Below, piece after piece: positions 61,506 through 64,000 of a stretch of DNA of 64,000 nucleotides; the stretch's first letter is position 1; each line of letters opens with the position of its first letter. Below the pieces are notes generated by a model that worked only from the letters and a program-made list of their open reading frames with translations, was not told the origin of the DNA and made no database searches. Origin of the DNA: an uncultured delta proteobacterium (GTDB lineage: Bacteria > Myxococcota_A > Polyangia > Polyangiales > Polyangiaceae); assembly GCA_963850305.1 (NCBI GenBank), contig CAWKKR010000008.1:1152001-1216000 (forward strand), read 5' to 3'. Both the position numbers and the translations under genes were made by a program.

Positions 61506-61529
61506 GGAGAAGGGAAGAGGAGAAGTCGC

Positions 61530-61964
61530 ATGGCAATGGTTTCCGACATTCTGGTGGCAAAAGGCGACACGGTGCACGGCATTCGTCGGACGGCAACCGT
61601 GTTCGAGGCGATCGCCGTCATGGTTCGCTACAATATCGGCGCGCTCGTCGTGACGGATGGGGACGAGCTCTGCGGAATCGTCACTGAACGTGACTACCTG
61701 GGGCGAGTCGCCGTCGAGGGTCGTACGTCGAAGACGACTCTCGTCGACGAGATAATGTCGTCCAACGTGGTCTGCGTGACGCCGAGCACGACGGTCGAGC
61801 ACTGCATGCAACTCATGACCGACAGGCGGACGCGTCATCTGCCGGTCTTGAGAGGAGATCGCGTTTGCGGCATCGTGTCGATCGGCGACATCGTCAAGAA
61901 GAAGATCCGGGACCAGGCGACACATATCGAGAGTCTGACCGGATATATACAGGGACGCGCGTGA
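61530..61964 (+). CDS. CBS-pair protein
   Basis: IGALVV, GIVTERDY, RHLPV, GIVSIGD; strong RBS. Confidence 0.95.
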   Translation: MAMVSDILVAKGDTVHGIRRTATVFEAIAVMVRYNIGALVVTDGDELCGIVTERDYLGRVAVEGRTSKTTLVDEIMSSNVVCVTPSTTVEHCMQLMTDRRTRHLPVLRGDRVCGIVSIGDIVKKKIRDQATHIESLTGYIQGRA

Positions 61965-62042
61965 CGCCGAGCGCCCTCCGATCCGGGAGGGCGCCGGGAA
62001 CAGTTGCAAATCACGCGCTTTCGCGGCAGGGATCCTGGGTCG

Positions 62043-62807
62043 ATGCCACCGGATCCGGACACGCCGCTCGCCGACCGAATCACTGCGTGGGGGCCATTCG
62101 TGATTTCGGCTGGGCTCGTTGCGACCGCCATCCACTTTGCGATCGAGAGGCCCACTCTCGGGTTGGTGCTGCTCGAGCTCGCAATGGTGGTTCTCATTCC
62201 GCAGCTCCTGCAGCGGAGACGGCTCCGGCGCGTGCTCCGCTCCGGCGACGTGGAGGCCGTGCTTTCGGCCTGGGAATCGTCCGTCGACCGTGTCCCGCAC
62301 CCGGAAACGATGACGCCGCTCATCACGGCCACGGCTCTCGCCGCGCACGGTCTGGCCGACCGCGCGCGACGAGCCCTCCGAAGAGCGCGGCGCGGTCCAA
62401 TCTGGGAAGCAGCCCTCGAACAGCGCCTCGTGCTCGACACCCTTCTGTCCGTCTTCGAAGGCGAGCCGGAGCGGGGAGTGGAGCTCGCAGCCGAGCTCGA
62501 GAATCTGCCGTTGCCAAGCTCGCCCATCTTGCGGGATAGGGTGGTGGGACTTCGCGCCGCGATGGGGGCTTTTGCGCGCGCGTTCGCACACCGGTCCGCG
62601 TTCGCGGATCTCGGAACCCTGAAAGCGGCTGCGAAACAGAATCCGCTCGTCTACTGGGCGATGCGCTACGCGGCTGCAGTTGCGAGCATCGATCAGGGGC
62701 AGCCGCTCGAAGCGGCGCGCCTCCTTGCACACGCGCCTCGGTGGCCCACGGAGTCGGCGTTCGCGGCGTTTCATCGGGAAATCGTCGAGCACACCGTGTC
62801 TCACTGA
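62043..62807 (+). CDS. Hypothetical membrane-anchored helical (TPR-like) protein
   Basis: Two N-terminal TM helices followed by Ala-rich helical repeats. Confidence 0.6.
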   Translation: MPPDPDTPLADRITAWGPFVISAGLVATAIHFAIERPTLGLVLLELAMVVLIPQLLQRRRLRRVLRSGDVEAVLSAWESSVDRVPHPETMTPLITATALAAHGLADRARRALRRARRGPIWEAALEQRLVLDTLLSVFEGEPERGVELAAELENLPLPSSPILRDRVVGLRAAMGAFARAFAHRSAFADLGTLKAAAKQNPLVYWAMRYAAAVASIDQGQPLEAARLLAHAPRWPTESAFAAFHREIVEHTVSH

Positions 62808-62886
62808 AAGCCCTCTGCGTGGAGCCCCTGCGTTGGCGGCTTCGTAGGCAATTTGCTCCGCGCCGCGGTTGGCTTACTCTCGGCGG

Positions 62887-64000
62887 ATGGCGACTGCGCG
62901 GAAGCCACCGGGACCGGAGATCCCGGACCTCGAGCGAGATCCGCGACCGGCAGCGTCGGCACGCCCCTCCGCTGATCCGCGCGTTTCCGGGCGACCATCC
63001 GGCGATCCGCGGGTCTCCAGCTCACCGCCATCCGCCGGAACTCCCCGAGCCAGTGTCGAGCCGAGCCGATCGCCGCAAGACTACTTCGGCAGCGGTAACT
63101 TCGACTCGGACGACTTGGGGGACGACGCAGGAAACCTCGAGCTGGACCTCGGCGAGGCCCGTCCGTCCGCTCGTCCTGCGACGAACCGAGTTGTCGCGCC
63201 GCCGGGGGCCGTGGACGCAAGCAGCCTCGACCTCTACGAGGGCCCTTCGACGAATGCGGCCTCCGCCGCCCGCGCTTCGGTCGTGCGCCCGGGGGTTCAC
63301 ACGTGGCCAACGGGAATGTCGCCGGATACGGCCTCGATACGGATCGACGCGGTCGACGTTGCACTGGCTGCGGATTACGGAACGGCGCCCGCCGGCATCT
63401 TCCGTACCCCCTCATACGCGCTTCGCGTGTTTCGACGAAAGCGGGTACTCGCTGCGCGCGTCACGGAGCTCGCTGCGCGTCTCACCGAGGCGGAGCGCGA
63501 CCGCGACGCGCTGATCGTTTCGATGGTGCAGGATCTGCGGGGCAGAATCCTGATGACGGACGAGGGCGAAGCCCTCTTCTCGACGGTGGCCGAGATCGAA
63601 CGGACCGCCCTCGACCGGCGATCTGCGCTCGCGGGGACGAGTGCAGAGTACGATCGTCGCGCGAAGGAGCTCGAGGAGCACGCTACGCTCCTCCGAAAGG
63701 AGGCCGAAGCAAAGCTCTCGGCCACAGGACAAGCGCAGACGTTGCTCGACGAACGAAGGCATTTGCTCGACCGTGCCGAGGCCAAGAAGAAACGACTCTT
63801 CATCGAAGTCCGCGCGATCGTAGATGCGGCCGAGAAAGCCGCCACACCGATGACTCCGGCGCAAAGCGCGAAGCTCGAACAGCTGGAAGAAGAGGTGAGC
63901 CGAAACAAGCCGGACCTCGATCTCCGCGCCCGAGAGACGGCCGCCGCACAGGCGACGCTGGACGCGGCCTCCGCCGAGCAACAAAAGGTCGCGCGGAAGC
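62887..64000 (+). CDS. Hypothetical coiled-coil protein, runs off the window (absent from the ORF track)
   Basis: Read by hand: MATARKPPGPEIPDLE..., a P/S-rich N-terminus, then a long heptad region with no stop to the window end. Confidence 0.7.
   Translation, partial: MATARKPPGPEIPDLERDPRPAASARPSADPRVSGRPSGDPRVSSSPPSAGTPRASVEPSRSPQDYFGSGNFDSDDLGDDAGNLELDLGEARPSARPATNRVVAPPGAVDASSLDLYEGPSTNAASAARASVVRPGVHTWPTGMSPDTASIRIDAVDVALAADYGTAPAGIFRTPSYALRVFRRKRVLAARVTELAARLTEAERDRDALIVSMVQDLRGRILMTDEGEALFSTVAEIERTALDRRSALAGTSAEYDRRAKELEEHATLLRKEAEAKLSATGQAQTLLDERRHLLDRAEAKKKRLFIEVRAIVDAAEKAATPMTPAQSAKLEQLEEEVSRNKPDLDLRARETAAAQATLDAASAEQQKVARK

Overview
High-GC bacterial chromosomal window. The gene set (REC-DUF4388 regulator, several sigma-54 activators, IAVD-x-TSVYWT propeller protein, plant-type GshA) suggests a myxobacterium, probably Polyangiales-like; this is inference. 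There are three blocks. (1) Core block, 1-31.6 kb: DinG helicase, a response regulator with a (KKAAP)16 tail, a MoxR/DUF58/vWA operon, gshA, acyl-CoA dehydrogenase, CIRCE-controlled groES-groEL, MBOAT acyltransferase, polysaccharide deacetylase, RRM protein, aspS, rimI, pyrK-pyrD. (2) Mosaic accessory region, about 31.9-52.9 kb: an IS481-family element sitting in a 21-bp hairpin tandem array that ends at a second IS481-type end, an intact ISKra4/ISLre2-type IS with an 8-bp TSD, IS66 and ISL3 remnants, a decayed surface-glycan cassette, a sigma-54 module with degenerate kinase and activator, a deletion chimera, and an MNT-HEPN toxin-antitoxin pair preceded by a 70-bp three-hairpin tandem array. 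(3) Core block, 52.9-64 kb: metallophosphoesterase, cysS, rhomboid, mlaE, divergent folE, SDR, Lon-N protein, SRP RNA, and a sigma-54-driven ACT/CBS pair. About a dozen genes carry single-base insertions (four are GATC to GAATC) that look like sequencing error, so apparent fusions and pseudogenes need caution. No rRNA, tRNA or CRISPR array was seen.
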